Positions 18,640 to 28,893 of a DNA stretch of 64,000 nucleotides are shown piece by piece. Under the pieces are notes generated by a model. The model made no database searches, was not told the DNA's origin, and saw only the letters and a program-made list of their open reading frames with translations. Each line of letters starts with the position of its first letter. Positions within the stretch are counted from its first letter, which is position 1. The stretch comes from Acidobacteriota bacterium (GTDB lineage: Bacteria > Acidobacteriota > UBA890 > WLXD01), in contig CAXWPL010000005.1 of the NCBI GenBank assembly GCA_963666215.2, positions 512,001 to 576,000 of the forward strand. The letters run 5' to 3'. The position numbers and the translations under genes are program-made.

Positions 18640-20046
18640 GGGATGTCACAGGCTCCGTTGAAAAAGGGTGACGGTGATCCGACCTCGATAGTGTGTCGGG
18701 GTCAATCCACTGGCATGGAGGATCACCGTCATGAGCAAGAGTCGCAGAACAGAGACAAGTAGGAAAGCGGAGCGCCAAGAGAACCCGCTCCTGGAGGCAG
18801 TGGTAGCGGCGCGATCGGATCTACGAGCGCTGGTCATGGACGCGGGCTTCGGGGTGTTGGGTTCGCTGCTGGAAGAAGACCGGGCGGAGCTCTGCGGAGA
18901 GCGCTACGCGCGGTCACAGCAGCGGCGGGCGTACCGACACGGCTACGACGAGGGCTCGCTGGTGATGGGCGGCCGGCGGGTCAAGGTACGCAAGCCGCGG
19001 GCTCGGAGCGTCGATGGCCAAGAGCTGCCGCTGCCGCACTGGGAGAGGTTCAAGGCAACAGATCCGCTCGAAGAGCGCGCCGTAGAGCAGATCCTGTGCG
19101 GCGTCACGACGCGCAAGTACGAGCGCTCGTTAGAGCGGCTCGACGACGGGCGAGCTTCGTCGGGAACGAGTCGCTCGAGTGTGTCGCGGCGGTTCGTAGC
19201 GCGTACAGCCAAGCAGGTGCAGCAGTACCTGGCCCAACCGCTCAATGAAGTGGACCTGCCGGTGCTGGTGATCGACGGCACGCACATGGGCAAGCACTTG
19301 TTGGTGATCGCCATGGGCATCGACGCGGACGGCGTCAAGCATGTGCTGGGTGTCGTAGAGGGCACCACGGAGAGCTCCCACGTGTGCCGGTCGCTGCTGC
19401 GGCAGTTGATCGAGCGCGGCATGCCCGTCGAACGGGCGCGGTTGGTGGTAATCGATGGCTCCAAGGGCCTCCGTAAAGCAGTGCGCGACACGTTCGGCGA
19501 GTGGGCCCTGATCCAGCGCTGCCGTGTCCACAAGATCAAGAATGTATTGGAGCATCTGCCAGGGCATATCCGGCCCTGGTTCGCAGCCAAGATCCGCAAG
19601 GCGTGGAAGGCGGAGACGGCCACGGCAGCGACCAAGCAGCTCGACGCCGTGGTCAAGGAGCTGGAGACCGATCACCCCGGTGCAGCGGCCTCGCTCAGAG
19701 AAGGAATGCAAGAGACGCTCACCGTCACTCGGCTCCGAGTTCAGGGGCCGCTGCTTCGGACGTTACGTTCAACGAATACGATCGAGAACCTGAACGGGAC
19801 GATCAAACACGTCAGCCGCAACGTAAAGCGGTGGCGCTCCGGGAGCATGATCGTTCGATGGGCGGTTACTGCACTCATCGAGGCCGAGAGCAAGTTCCGG
19901 AGGGTTCGTGGCTACCGCGACATCGCCAAGCTCGATGCCGCACTCAACACCGCCGTCGACGTTCCCCTTGAGCAGGAGCGCCGTACTGCGTAACAATCCC
20001 CAACCACTTCACCGTCGCCTTAGTTCAACGGACGGTGGGACATCCC
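18640..20046 (+). mobile_element. IS256-family insertion sequence (no target duplication seen)
   Basis: IRs GGGATGTCnCAnnnTCCGTTGAA at both ends. Confidence 0.8.
18731..19993 (+). CDS. IS256 (Mutator) transposase
   Basis: GVTTRKY, VIDG, IDGSKGL, QRCRVHK, RSTNTIENLN. Confidence 0.92.
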   Translation: MSKSRRTETSRKAERQENPLLEAVVAARSDLRALVMDAGFGVLGSLLEEDRAELCGERYARSQQRRAYRHGYDEGSLVMGGRRVKVRKPRARSVDGQELPLPHWERFKATDPLEERAVEQILCGVTTRKYERSLERLDDGRASSGTSRSSVSRRFVARTAKQVQQYLAQPLNEVDLPVLVIDGTHMGKHLLVIAMGIDADGVKHVLGVVEGTTESSHVCRSLLRQLIERGMPVERARLVVIDGSKGLRKAVRDTFGEWALIQRCRVHKIKNVLEHLPGHIRPWFAAKIRKAWKAETATAATKQLDAVVKELETDHPGAAASLREGMQETLTVTRLRVQGPLLRTLRSTNTIENLNGTIKHVSRNVKRWRSGSMIVRWAVTALIEAESKFRRVRGYRDIAKLDAALNTAVDVPLEQERRTA

Positions 20047-20156
20047 CCCCGTGGGAGGGTCCCGGTAACCCACTGAAACAGCAGGAGTTACCCATTTACC
20101 CCTAGATCCCGCTGCCGGCGTTAGGGGTGTAACGCGAGCCATACGCGAGCGGATGC

Positions 20157-20611
20157 TCATTTCTTGGGCTGCTTGATGTGGTGCCGAGCGCTGCCAACCT
20201 GGAACCGGGCGCGGCGCTTCTTGCCCGTGTCGTTGGCAAAGACCCGGTACATCACCTCGCTGTCGCCGCTGCCCTTCTTGGGCGCAGCAACTTCACCCAT
20301 GAGGTGTCGCCGGGTCCAGGTACCCTGGCCTTCCAGGCGCAGCCGTCCGGAGCCATCACCATCGCCTCGAACTTGCCTCCGGCCTTGTCGGTCTTCTGGG
20401 CCCCAGGCGCCAGCGCAAACGTGCAGGGGCTAAACACGTACGCCGAGCCGGAGTTGGAACCACCGTCATCGTTGCCAAGGGCCCCCACCGCAGCCATGTC
20501 GCCAGAAATCGACACCGAGGAGCCGAGGGCGTCGCCGCCCGCCGCGTCCGAGGCCGTGAGCTTTTCCACCTCACCCCAGTTGTCCGCTCCACCCTCATTG
20601 CGGTCGAACAC
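20157..20611 (-). pseudogene. 5'-truncated FG-GAP repeat + BACON-like surface protein remnant
   Basis: KLTASDAAGGDALGSSVSISGD..GSAYVF; CAWKA..SWV, then after a frameshift near 20283 GSGDSEVMYRVFANDTGKKRRARFQVG. Confidence 0.65.
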
Positions 20612-20632
20612 AAACCGGCAGCATCGGCTTGC

Positions 20633-20932
20633 GTGAAGATCTCGCTTGCTAGCGAAGACGGCTCACGGAGCGACCCCATCTGGTATTTCTCCTACGGATG
20701 GGACAAGAACCCCCGGCAGCGCGGTGTCCGTTGCACGATTACACTGAAATGCCCGGATGGCGGGCTCGACGCTGAGGTTTACGTCGTCCGGAAGCCGCGA
20801 AGGTCTAAGGTCTATAGAGCACCGTCCTAGAGATATCTCCGCCATGTCATCGAGGGCTTGCGTTCGCCCGGTTATTCCGAGTCGGTGATCGACGAGGTGC
20901 GAGCGGTTGAGGCAAGCGAGCCCGTTGGCTAG
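20633..20932 (+). pseudogene. Gamma-glutamylcyclotransferase-like remnant
   Basis: WYFSYG..AEVYV..APS*RYLRHVIEGLR with in-frame TAG at 20828; middle of the domain missing. Confidence 0.5.
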
Positions 20933-20961
20933 CTTCGCGCGCCATCCAGAGGATCATCGCA

Positions 20962-21963
20962 GTGGATGTACGAGACGGCTTCGCCGCTACGGTGGGAAAC
21001 ACGCCACTCATCAAGCTCCGCATGGCGTCGGAGTTGACGGGCTGCGAGATCTACGGCAAGGCCGAGTTCCTGAATCCGGGAGGCTCGGTGAAGGACCGTG
21101 CGGCCCTCTACATGGTGCTGGACGCCGAGGAGGAAGGAAGGCTCGAGCCTGGCGGCGTCATCGTCGAGGGCACGGCGGGCAACACCGGGATCGGCCTGGC
21201 GCTGGTCGGAAACGCGCGCGGCTACCGGACCGTGATCACGATGCCCGAGACCCAGAGCCAGGAAAAGAAGGACATGCTGCTGCTGTGCGGCGTCGAGCTG
21301 CGCTGCGTGCCCGCGGTCCCGTTCAAGAATCCCGATCACTACGTCCACCAAGCGGAGCGACTCGCCAAGAACCTCGCCGGCGCCGAGCCGCACGGCGTCC
21401 TGTATGCCAACCAGTGGGACAACCTGTCGAACCGCAACGGGCACGCCCGCACCACGGGCCCCGAGATCTGGAGGCAGACCGACGGCAAGGTCGACGGCTT
21501 CACCTGCGCGATCGGCACCGGCGGGACTCTCGCAGGTGTCGGGATCTTCCTCAAGGAGCAGAATCCCGACATCAAGATCGTCGCCGCCGACCCGATGGGT
21601 GCGAGCATGTACCACTGGATCAAGCACGGAGAGCTCAAGAGCGAGGGATCCTCGATCACGGAGGGAATCGGGCAGGGGCGCGTCACCGGCAACATCGAAG
21701 GCGCTCCCATCGACGACGCCGTCCAGATCCCGGACGAGGAGATGCTGCCGATCGTCTTCGACCTGCTGAAGCACGAGGGCCTCTGCCTGGGTGGCTCGAG
21801 CGGCATCAACGTGGCCGGCGCCATCCGGCTCGCGAAGCAGCTGGGCCCCGGCCACACGATCGTGACCGTGCTGTGCGACTACGGGACCCGCTACCAGTCG
21901 AAGCTCTTCAACCCCACGTTCCTGAAGGAAAAGGGCCTGCCGGTTCCGAGCTGGCTCGATTGA
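20962..21963 (+). CDS. cysK: Cysteine synthase (PLP)
   Basis: VGNTPL, KAEFLNPGGSVKDR, GNTG, GTGGT, EGIG. Confidence 0.9.
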   Translation: MDVRDGFAATVGNTPLIKLRMASELTGCEIYGKAEFLNPGGSVKDRAALYMVLDAEEEGRLEPGGVIVEGTAGNTGIGLALVGNARGYRTVITMPETQSQEKKDMLLLCGVELRCVPAVPFKNPDHYVHQAERLAKNLAGAEPHGVLYANQWDNLSNRNGHARTTGPEIWRQTDGKVDGFTCAIGTGGTLAGVGIFLKEQNPDIKIVAADPMGASMYHWIKHGELKSEGSSITEGIGQGRVTGNIEGAPIDDAVQIPDEEMLPIVFDLLKHEGLCLGGSSGINVAGAIRLAKQLGPGHTIVTVLCDYGTRYQSKLFNPTFLKEKGLPVPSWLD

Positions 21964-22268
21964 CGCATTGGAACGTCGGCTGACCTTTGGTCACACAGCA
22001 GCCGCCGAGCATCGCAAGCATGCCGCCCGCAGGAGTCCATGTAATGAGTGGCGAAAGAAACTCGTTGGCTCGCGCACAAGTGCACAGACGGCCAACATGT
22101 ACAGCCCCGTGCTCGGCGAGGACTAGCGTCGCATCACCAACGAAGGCGACAGCGAGAGGGCCGCTGACGCCGATGGCAGCGCAAGCGACGCAAGCAGACG
22201 AATAACCAGCAAAACGAAAGCTGCCGACCTCGTAGGCGTAAAGCCTTCAAGATCAGCGGCTTACGGAG

Positions 22269-22314
22269 TGGCGGGGGCCAGATTCGAACTGGCGACCTTC
22301 GGGTTATGAGCCCG
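22269..22314 (-). tRNA. 3' half of initiator tRNA-Met(CAT)
   Basis: CGGGCTCATAACCCGAAGGTCGCCAGTTCGAATCTGGCCCCCGCCA: anticodon arm with GGG/CCC, T arm and acceptor strand. Confidence 0.88.
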
Positions 22315-22890
22315 TGATCGAGAGATCCCGTCCATACCCATTGCCCGCACCAGCTTATCGACCTTTCGGGTCGACACACCCAGTACGTACGCCTCAGCTA
22401 CGGCTGAGACCACCGCGTGCTCGGCACGGCGTCGCGGCTCGATCAGGAAGTCCGGGAAGTACGCCCCTTCCCGCACCTTCGGGATCGCCAGTTGGATGGT
22501 CCCGGCCCGCGTGTCCCAGGGCCGCGTGCGGTAACCGTTGCCGGCTGTTGGTGCGCTCGGTCGTCCGGGTCCCGTACGCGGCACCGCAGTGAGCATCGAC
22601 GTCCTCGCTCATCAGCACCTGGGCGAACGCCTCCACCATTTCACGTAGTTGATCGCCGTCATGTTCGGCGAGTCCCTTGCCAACCCACTGTGCGGCGGGC
22701 ATCTTGGTATCGGTCACTGGTTGTTCTCCTTGGTAGGAAGTTCTTCTGTGCAAACCAAGGATCGATCAGTGACCACCTTTTCTTCAAGGGTGCCGCTCGC
22801 CGTGGAAACTGTGCAAAACGCTCCGCGTTTCACACAAGTTCCCACCGCCCTGCTGCTACTGCTTCATACACCACGTCCCCGGGACTCTAC
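22315..22890 (-). mobile_element. Truncated IS256-family element (left end plus 5' part of transposase, frameshifted)
   Basis: RNGYRTRPWDTRAGTIQLAIPKVREG..GVSTRKV; cut exactly at the tRNA half. Confidence 0.85.
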
Positions 22891-22903
22891 TGCGCTCCTC
22901 CTA

Positions 22904-24420
22904 TCAAGTTCCGCAGAAGGTCCGATAACGTCCGAAGCTGGCTGGCGCCGGCGCTGCGTAGGCTTCCAGCCCCTCCTTCTCGTCGAAGGGATTCTCGAGA
23001 ACCTCGAGTAGATTCTCGAAGGGCAAGAGGTCCTGAGATTCGGCTGCGGCGGTCAAGGCCTCCTCGACCTTGTGGTTGCGCGGGATGTAGATCGGGTTCA
23101 CCCGGTCCATTTCGGCATGGGTTTCCGCACGAGCTTGGGCACGAGCTTCGCCGCTCACGCTCTCACTGCACATCCTCGTCCGCCAACGAGCCGCCCAAAG
23201 ATCGTAGGCGGAAGCATCGTCTAGAAGTGCCCGTAGCGGGGCATCGTTGCCTCGGACCGCGTCTGACAGACGCCGGAAGGCAAGCGTGTAGTCGGCGTTT
23301 TTGGCCTTCCAGCGCGGCAAGGAAACCGTTCGCCAGCTCGAGATCGTCATCCTCCGAACCCGAGAGTCCCAGCTTGGTCCGCATTCCGTCGAGCCAGTAC
23401 GCGGCATATTGATCGAGGAAGCCGTTGACGGCCTCGCTGGCGAGCTCGAGTGCCCGATCGGTGTCGGCATCGATCAGTGGGAGGAGCGTCTCGGCGAGCC
23501 TGGCGAGGTTCCAGCCCGCGATCAATGGCTGCTGGCTGTAGGCATAGCGGCCTTGCGCGTCCGATCGAACTGAAGACCGCGTTCGGATCGTACGTATCGA
23601 CGAACGCGCACGGCCCGTAGTCGATCGTCTCTCCCGAGATCGTCATGTTGTCGGTGTTCATGACGCCGTGGACGAAGCCAACGTGCATCCAGCGCGCGAT
23701 CAGTTGAGCCTGGGCGTCGCACACTGCCACCAGGAATCCGAGGTACAGGCTATCGGATCCATCGGGTCTATCGGATCCGCGAAGCTCTGGATAGTGGCGC
23801 GCGATGCTGTAGTCGGCGAGCTGCCGTACCTTTCCGACCTCGCCGCGCGCGGCGAAGAACTGGAAGGTACCGATTCGGATGTGGCTGGCCGCGACGCGCG
23901 TCAGCACAGCTCCCGGGAGCTCCTTTTCTCGAGCGATCCGCTCCCCGGTCGTCACGGCGGCGAGCGCTCGGGTGGTAGGGATCCGTAGGGCGTGCATCGC
24001 TTCACTGACCAGGTACTCTCGCAACACCGGACCGATTGTGGCCTTGCCATCTCCTCCACGCGAGAATGCGGTGCGACCTGAGCCCTTGAGCTGGATATCG
24101 CGACGCCTGCCGCTACGGTCAACCACTTCGCCCAGAAGCAGCGCGCGACCATCGCCGAGCCGCGGCACAAAACCGCCAAATTGGTGCCCGGCATATGCCT
24201 GGGCCAACGGGCTGGCGCTTTCGGGCGTTTCGTTGCCCGCGAAGACCGCGGCACCATGGTCGGAAGTGAGCACGTCCGGATCGAGGCCGAGCTCTAGAGC
24301 AAGAGGGCGGTTCAGCTTCATGAGGCGCGGATGCGGCACCTCGGCCGCCTCCGAAGGCACATAGAAACCGGGAAGCTCACGCGCGTACGTGTTGTCGAAG
24401 TCGAACCCGGCGGTCGGCAT
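22904..24420 (-). pseudogene. selO: Protein adenylyltransferase SelO/YdiU with two 1-nt frameshifts (near 23560 and 23300)
   Basis: [45 protein letters not shown]-terminal TFCGT. Confidence 0.88.
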
Positions 24421-24699
24421 CTGACGCTCCTCGATTTCGGCACTGCGAACGGCATGGTGAAGTCGGCCACGAGCGGGCGTATCTCGAATCTCGAGATCCG
24501 GGTAGATCGCCCTGAGTTGTTCGGCGGTCAGCGGTCCCTAGCTGTCCACCGCGGCTCGCTTGAGGACTGCATTGCGGGGAGGGCGACGACAATACCGCCG
24601 ATGTAGCTCGGGCGGACGCACCCTCTCCGTAGCGATGCCCTGCGCAACAAAGAACCGCCGTGGGCGAAGGTCGGTTGTTGACCTGATCAGCTCGGCTCC

Positions 24700-24737
<38 letters not shown>

Positions 24738-24750
24738 ACCAAGAGCGCAA

Positions 24751-24779
24751 ACACTACGACGGCGCCTAGTGCCGGTCAA
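24751..24779 (-). promoter_or_regulatory. Sigma70 promoter of the tRNA
   Basis: TTGACC-N17-TAGTGT ending 13 nt before the tRNA 5' end. Confidence 0.7.
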
Positions 24780-24821
24780 GAGGCACCGAACGCCGTCGAG
24801 GTGCTGTATCGCGATGTTGTG

Positions 24822-25010
24822 TTACATCGAGATGAAGTCGTGACCACGGACAGTCTTGCGGCCATTGGACTTGGCGCGCTTGCTGGCCTGCTCGAGGTAC
24901 CAGTGGACGACCATGTTGAGTGCGTCGAGCGCGTCGCCGGCCACGTTACAGCCGTGTGCCTTGAGAGCGCTCTTGGTCTTGCTGCCCACGAGAAGCATCT
25001 CACCGTTCAT
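24822..25010 (-). CDS. Bacterial histone-fold protein (62 aa)
   Basis: LLVGSKTK..GDALDALN..AKSNGRKTVRGHDF matches the prokaryotic histone RxTVxxxD signature. Confidence 0.85.
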   Translation of the reverse strand: MNGEMLLVGSKTKSALKAHGCNVAGDALDALNMVVHWYLEQASKRAKSNGRKTVRGHDFISM

Positions 25011-25177
25011 GCTCTATCCCCCGTTGCGAGTGGTCGACCCGCGATCGTCGAGATCGTTCGCCAACGGCCACCCGTCGGCTCGAGTCGCCGACCACCCCAT
25101 GATGAAACCCCACAACCTGAGGCGTATTCTGCCAGAAAATACGCTGTAGGCTAGCCCTCCGGGCGTTTTCCGACGTT

Positions 25178-27913
25178 TTAGCTTCCGCCGCTCTCGCCGG
25201 CCGCCGCCGCTCCCAGCTCCTCGAGACGTCGCCGGGCGTCGGTAAATCGCTGCCGCAGGCGGGGGATTTCGGCCTCGCCGTAGGCCTGCAGCAGCCGGCG
25301 CTCAGCCACGTCGAGCGCCGCGCGCAGCTCGGTCGCAGCGCGCTGCCGCGCGCCCGGCTCGGTGCTGGCGCGCTCGCCGATCCAGATTGGCGCGGTGTGC
25401 GCGAACGGGTAGCTGTCCATCGCCGGCCACATCACCTCGCCACCGTGAGCCCTGACCGCAATCCAGCCTCCTGCTGGAAGTTCCAGATCGCCGGTGATGA
25501 TCCGACTCCCAGACGCTGCCAAGCCCGACTCGGTGTGCACAACCGCGCCGTTGACGACGATCTCCACGCGCTCGACGGGCAGAGCGCTGAACAGCCGCAG
25601 CTCGTAGCGAGCTCGTTGGAAAGAGCCGGGCCGCGGGCCAACTCGGGAGGCGGAAGCCGAGGCCGAAGTCGAAGCCGCCGGGGAGCCTGCCGCGAGAACG
25701 TCACCGGGCTGGACTCCCTCGCCTGCTGAAGAGCCCGCGGCGAACAGGCGCAGGTCGAGCAGCGGTCCGTTGGTCACGAAGCTGCGACCGGCGCGTAGCG
25801 CGTCGAGGTAGCTCTCGAAGCTGAGCTCACCGTCGGGGCGTGTGTAGACGCGCGTCGTCCCGATGGCCATCGTGCGATAGAAGTTCGCCATGATGTCGGT
25901 GCCGGCGCTCAGCGCCACGGGCATGCCGATATTCAAGAAGCGATACCACAGCTCGGCCGTACCGAGCTCGTCGCTCCACAGGCAAGCAACTTCGAGCGCG
26001 TCGAGGTCACCGAGAACGGCGTCGGGAATGATGCCGACGGGAATCGACGCCAGACGCGCCGCGCCGGCAGGGGTGCCGAGATCAGCCGCCTCGGGGAACG
26101 GGTCGGGGCGGCTCACCGGGTGCACGTACATGCCGACGCCGCCCTCATCACGTCCGTGCTGCAGCGCCACGGCGTTAGGGCGGTCGTCATCGCCGTACAC
26201 CGAATAGCCGGGGCCCCAGATCCACGGCCAGAACAGCGTCTTGGTGCCCACAAGGCCGAGGTGACCGAGGAAGTGAGAGCGGATCTCCTGGGCGAAGCGA
26301 AGAATCGGAGCGCGGTCACCGTTCTCCCAGCCCCACCATTCGACATCCTCGAAGCGGTTGTGCAGGTTGGCCAGCAGCGGCGTCGCAACATCTATCGACT
26401 CGGCACGTAGCGGCAGCAGCAGGTCGTTCGGCCGTAGCGAGTATGGACCGCCGTAATTGAGGTGGAAGTGGTGGTCGCCGGAGTACCAGCCCTCGGTGCG
26501 CGGATCCCAAACCTCCTCGAGCTCGATATCGACAACCGTGGTCTGGTCGGCAACAACGTCGATCGGGCGCTCCACGGCTGGCGTCGTCAAGCCACGCACC
26601 GCGAGCACGCGCGCCTGCCCGGCGGGAAGTGTCATTTCAATCGAGCCGTCGGAGTAGAAGTACGCTAGGCCGTTCTGCCCGTCGAAACGGATCGGCGTGC
26701 GGTCGGGGACCACGGGATGGCCCTGGGCGTCGGCGACGTGCAAGCGTGACGCGCTGTATCCGGGCTGTCCCCGCAGCCGGGTGCGAACACGAAGGCGACC
26801 GGTGGGCACACCCCAGTCCCAGCGGTCGATCGAGATCGTCGTGGCCTCACCGCCTTCAATGCCGATCCGCTTGAGCTCGAAGCGCTGCTGCGCGTCGGGC
26901 TCCACGAACAGCACGGCGTCGCCGGAGGCGCTCCAGGTTGGCGTTTGGGGTAGCCCAACAGCGGCGCCGGGAGCGTTCGGCAGCAGCCGAATCATTGTCT
27001 GCGGCTCGTTGGTGTCGAGCAGCGAGAGCTCCCAGCCACGCTCCCCCGGGTGTCCGAGGGCAACGAGGCCGCCCGAACTGAGCGCCGGGCGCGTTTGCGC
27101 GGCGATCCGCTCACTCCACAGCACAGTCTCTGAACCCTCGGCGTCGCGGGCGCGCAGCTCATCGATGCCACCGCGGGTCTTGGCCAGGTAAACAACGCCG
27201 CCATTCGGGCCGGGGCGGGGCGCCAGCTCGAGCCCGGGGTCGCTGGTGATCCGCAGCTGTTCCTCGCCGGGACGCTGGCGCCACAGATCGATCGTCCCGG
27301 CCTCCGCCGACGAGTACCACAGCGTGCCGTCGGGCGCGAAGGCCGGATCGAGGTCGAGAGCCTTCGTATCAACGAGAACGTCCTCGCTGCCACTCGCCAG
27401 ATCGAGCGCGACGATGGACGTATCGGACGTGTCGTCGCGAACAAACACCAAGCGGTCGCCAGACGGCGACCAGGCCACCCGCGCGTCCACTCCCCCGGCG
27501 CTCGTAACCCGACGTGCAACGCGTGGTGAAACATCCTCCGCCAGCGGCATCACCCAAATCCAGCCGGCCGAGGCGAACGCCACGCTCTGCCCATCGGGCG
27601 ATACCGCGGGGTCGATGGGGCCCTGCGTCAGCGTGGGTAGGTTGTAGCCCTCGAGATAAACATGGTGGTTGTAGCCTTCGACCTTCGGATAGCGGTTCGT
27701 CCACTGCGCCGCTGCTGGCCGCGTGCCCGCCGCCGATATCAAGCCCGCCAGCGCGAGGATGGCCGCAACACCGATGCGCGCCCCGCGCTTCGTGGCGCTC
27801 GAGCAACCAGGATCGGGGTTGGGGCTGGGTGTGACGCTCGTTCGCCAGAACCTCATGTCGGACCTCATCATGTCGGACCTCATCGAGTTTTCGACACCTG
27901 CGCTCGGCTCCAC
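25178..27913 (-). CDS. PD40/TolB propeller + CehA/McbA (PHP-like) metallohydrolase, exported (start uncertain)
   Basis: PAVSPDGQSVAF, WSPSGD repeats; WYSGDHHFH, HLGL, SAGTD, GRSFVTNGP. Confidence 0.82.
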   Translation of the reverse strand: MEPSAGVENSMRSDMMRSDMRFWRTSVTPSPNPDPGCSSATKRGARIGVAAILALAGLISAAGTRPAAAQWTNRYPKVEGYNHHVYLEGYNLPTLTQGPIDPAVSPDGQSVAFASAGWIWVMPLAEDVSPRVARRVTSAGGVDARVAWSPSGDRLVFVRDDTSDTSIVALDLASGSEDVLVDTKALDLDPAFAPDGTLWYSSAEAGTIDLWRQRPGEEQLRITSDPGLELAPRPGPNGGVVYLAKTRGGIDELRARDAEGSETVLWSERIAAQTRPALSSGGLVALGHPGERGWELSLLDTNEPQTMIRLLPNAPGAAVGLPQTPTWSASGDAVLFVEPDAQQRFELKRIGIEGGEATTISIDRWDWGVPTGRLRVRTRLRGQPGYSASRLHVADAQGHPVVPDRTPIRFDGQNGLAYFYSDGSIEMTLPAGQARVLAVRGLTTPAVERPIDVVADQTTVVDIELEEVWDPRTEGWYSGDHHFHLNYGGPYSLRPNDLLLPLRAESIDVATPLLANLHNRFEDVEWWGWENGDRAPILRFAQEIRSHFLGHLGLVGTKTLFWPWIWGPGYSVYGDDDRPNAVALQHGRDEGGVGMYVHPVSRPDPFPEAADLGTPAGAARLASIPVGIIPDAVLGDLDALEVACLWSDELGTAELWYRFLNIGMPVALSAGTDIMANFYRTMAIGTTRVYTRPDGELSFESYLDALRAGRSFVTNGPLLDLRLFAAGSSAGEGVQPGDVLAAGSPAASTSASASASRVGPRPGSFQRARYELRLFSALPVERVEIVVNGAVVHTESGLAASGSRIITGDLELPAGGWIAVRAHGGEVMWPAMDSYPFAHTAPIWIGERASTEPGARQRAATELRAALDVAERRLLQAYGEAEIPRLRQRFTDARRRLEELGAAAAGESGGS

Positions 27914-28107
27914 GATCGAAGCCAGGGGGACAGCGCCGCTCCCGAAGTAACCGGCGCTCTACGGCATACTACGGGTGGCGTCGCCGGATTGCGGCATCGG
28001 CCTCTCGGAGATCCTTCGGGAGAATCGACGGGAATCACTGGCCAATCGGCCGTCTCACTCCTCGACGCTCCGGCAGCCTCAGAGCACCCGCACCAGGAGC
28101 TGAAACC

Positions 28108-28893
28108 ATGGACGACGTACCCGTCAAGCCGAAGCGATCGCCAATGTTCTATGTAGGCATCGGCTGCGCGGTCATCGCCGCGATCATGGTGGTGATGATG
28201 GGGGCCTGCGGGGTCTGGATCTTCAGCGAAGTCCGCCAGTTGGAGCAGGACATGAACGACCCCGAGGCGCGCGCCGACGCCGTGCTCGACATCCTCGGCA
28301 CCGACGAGCTGCCCGACGGCTACTACCCCATGGTCGGGATGTCGGTGCCGTTCGTCATGCGCACGGCCATATTAACGAGCCGCGAACCTGACGCCGACGG
28401 TGGCCCGCCCGAAACTTTCGGCGAGCGTGGCTTCATCTTCGCCGAGATGATCCGCTTCGGCCGCCGAGACGAAGCGCGGCTACGCGACTACTTCGAGGGC
28501 CGCATTGAAGACTCCGACGTGCTGAGCAGCAGCGGCATCAACATCGACGTCGACGAGGTGATCGGGCGCGGCACCTTCGACCTTGCCGCGGGCAGGGCGA
28601 TGTACGTCACCCAGCGCGGCAGCATCAGCGCCCAGGGCCACGATTCCGATGGACTCACGGCCCTGACCCTCGTCGACTGCCCCGACGACGACCGCTTGCG
28701 GCTGGCGATCTGGTTCGCCCAGGAGGAATCGGCAGCGTCCACCGCCGACGACGCCAGCGCCGCTGCTGCGGAGACTTCGGCGGCTCCTGAGTCGCCGGCC
28801 AACACACCCGCAGGCGACCTCGCCGGCACCCCGGCCGACGAGGCAGCGCTGGCCGCGTTTCTCGGCAACTTCCGCCTGTGCCCGGCTCCCTAG
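28108..28893 (+). CDS. Membrane-anchored hypothetical protein
   Basis: AGGAG RBS, N-terminal TM helix, acidic soluble domain. Confidence 0.7.
   Translation: MDDVPVKPKRSPMFYVGIGCAVIAAIMVVMMGACGVWIFSEVRQLEQDMNDPEARADAVLDILGTDELPDGYYPMVGMSVPFVMRTAILTSREPDADGGPPETFGERGFIFAEMIRFGRRDEARLRDYFEGRIEDSDVLSSSGINIDVDEVIGRGTFDLAAGRAMYVTQRGSISAQGHDSDGLTALTLVDCPDDDRLRLAIWFAQEESAASTADDASAAAAETSAAPESPANTPAGDLAGTPADEAALAAFLGNFRLCPAP

Noticed and set aside
18618-19998. TAACAATC repeated after the sulfatase and IS256 stop codons
   Set aside because: One copy lies inside the IS IRs, so it is not a target duplication; probably chance
22315-24699. Group I or II intron in tRNA-fMet
   Set aside because: The 10-bp duplication and the selO/IS content do not fit a self-splicing intron; no ribozyme core recognised
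27851-27884. 15-bp tandem duplication near the CehA/McbA gene start
   Set aside because: Two copies, in frame or upstream of the true start; no evident function
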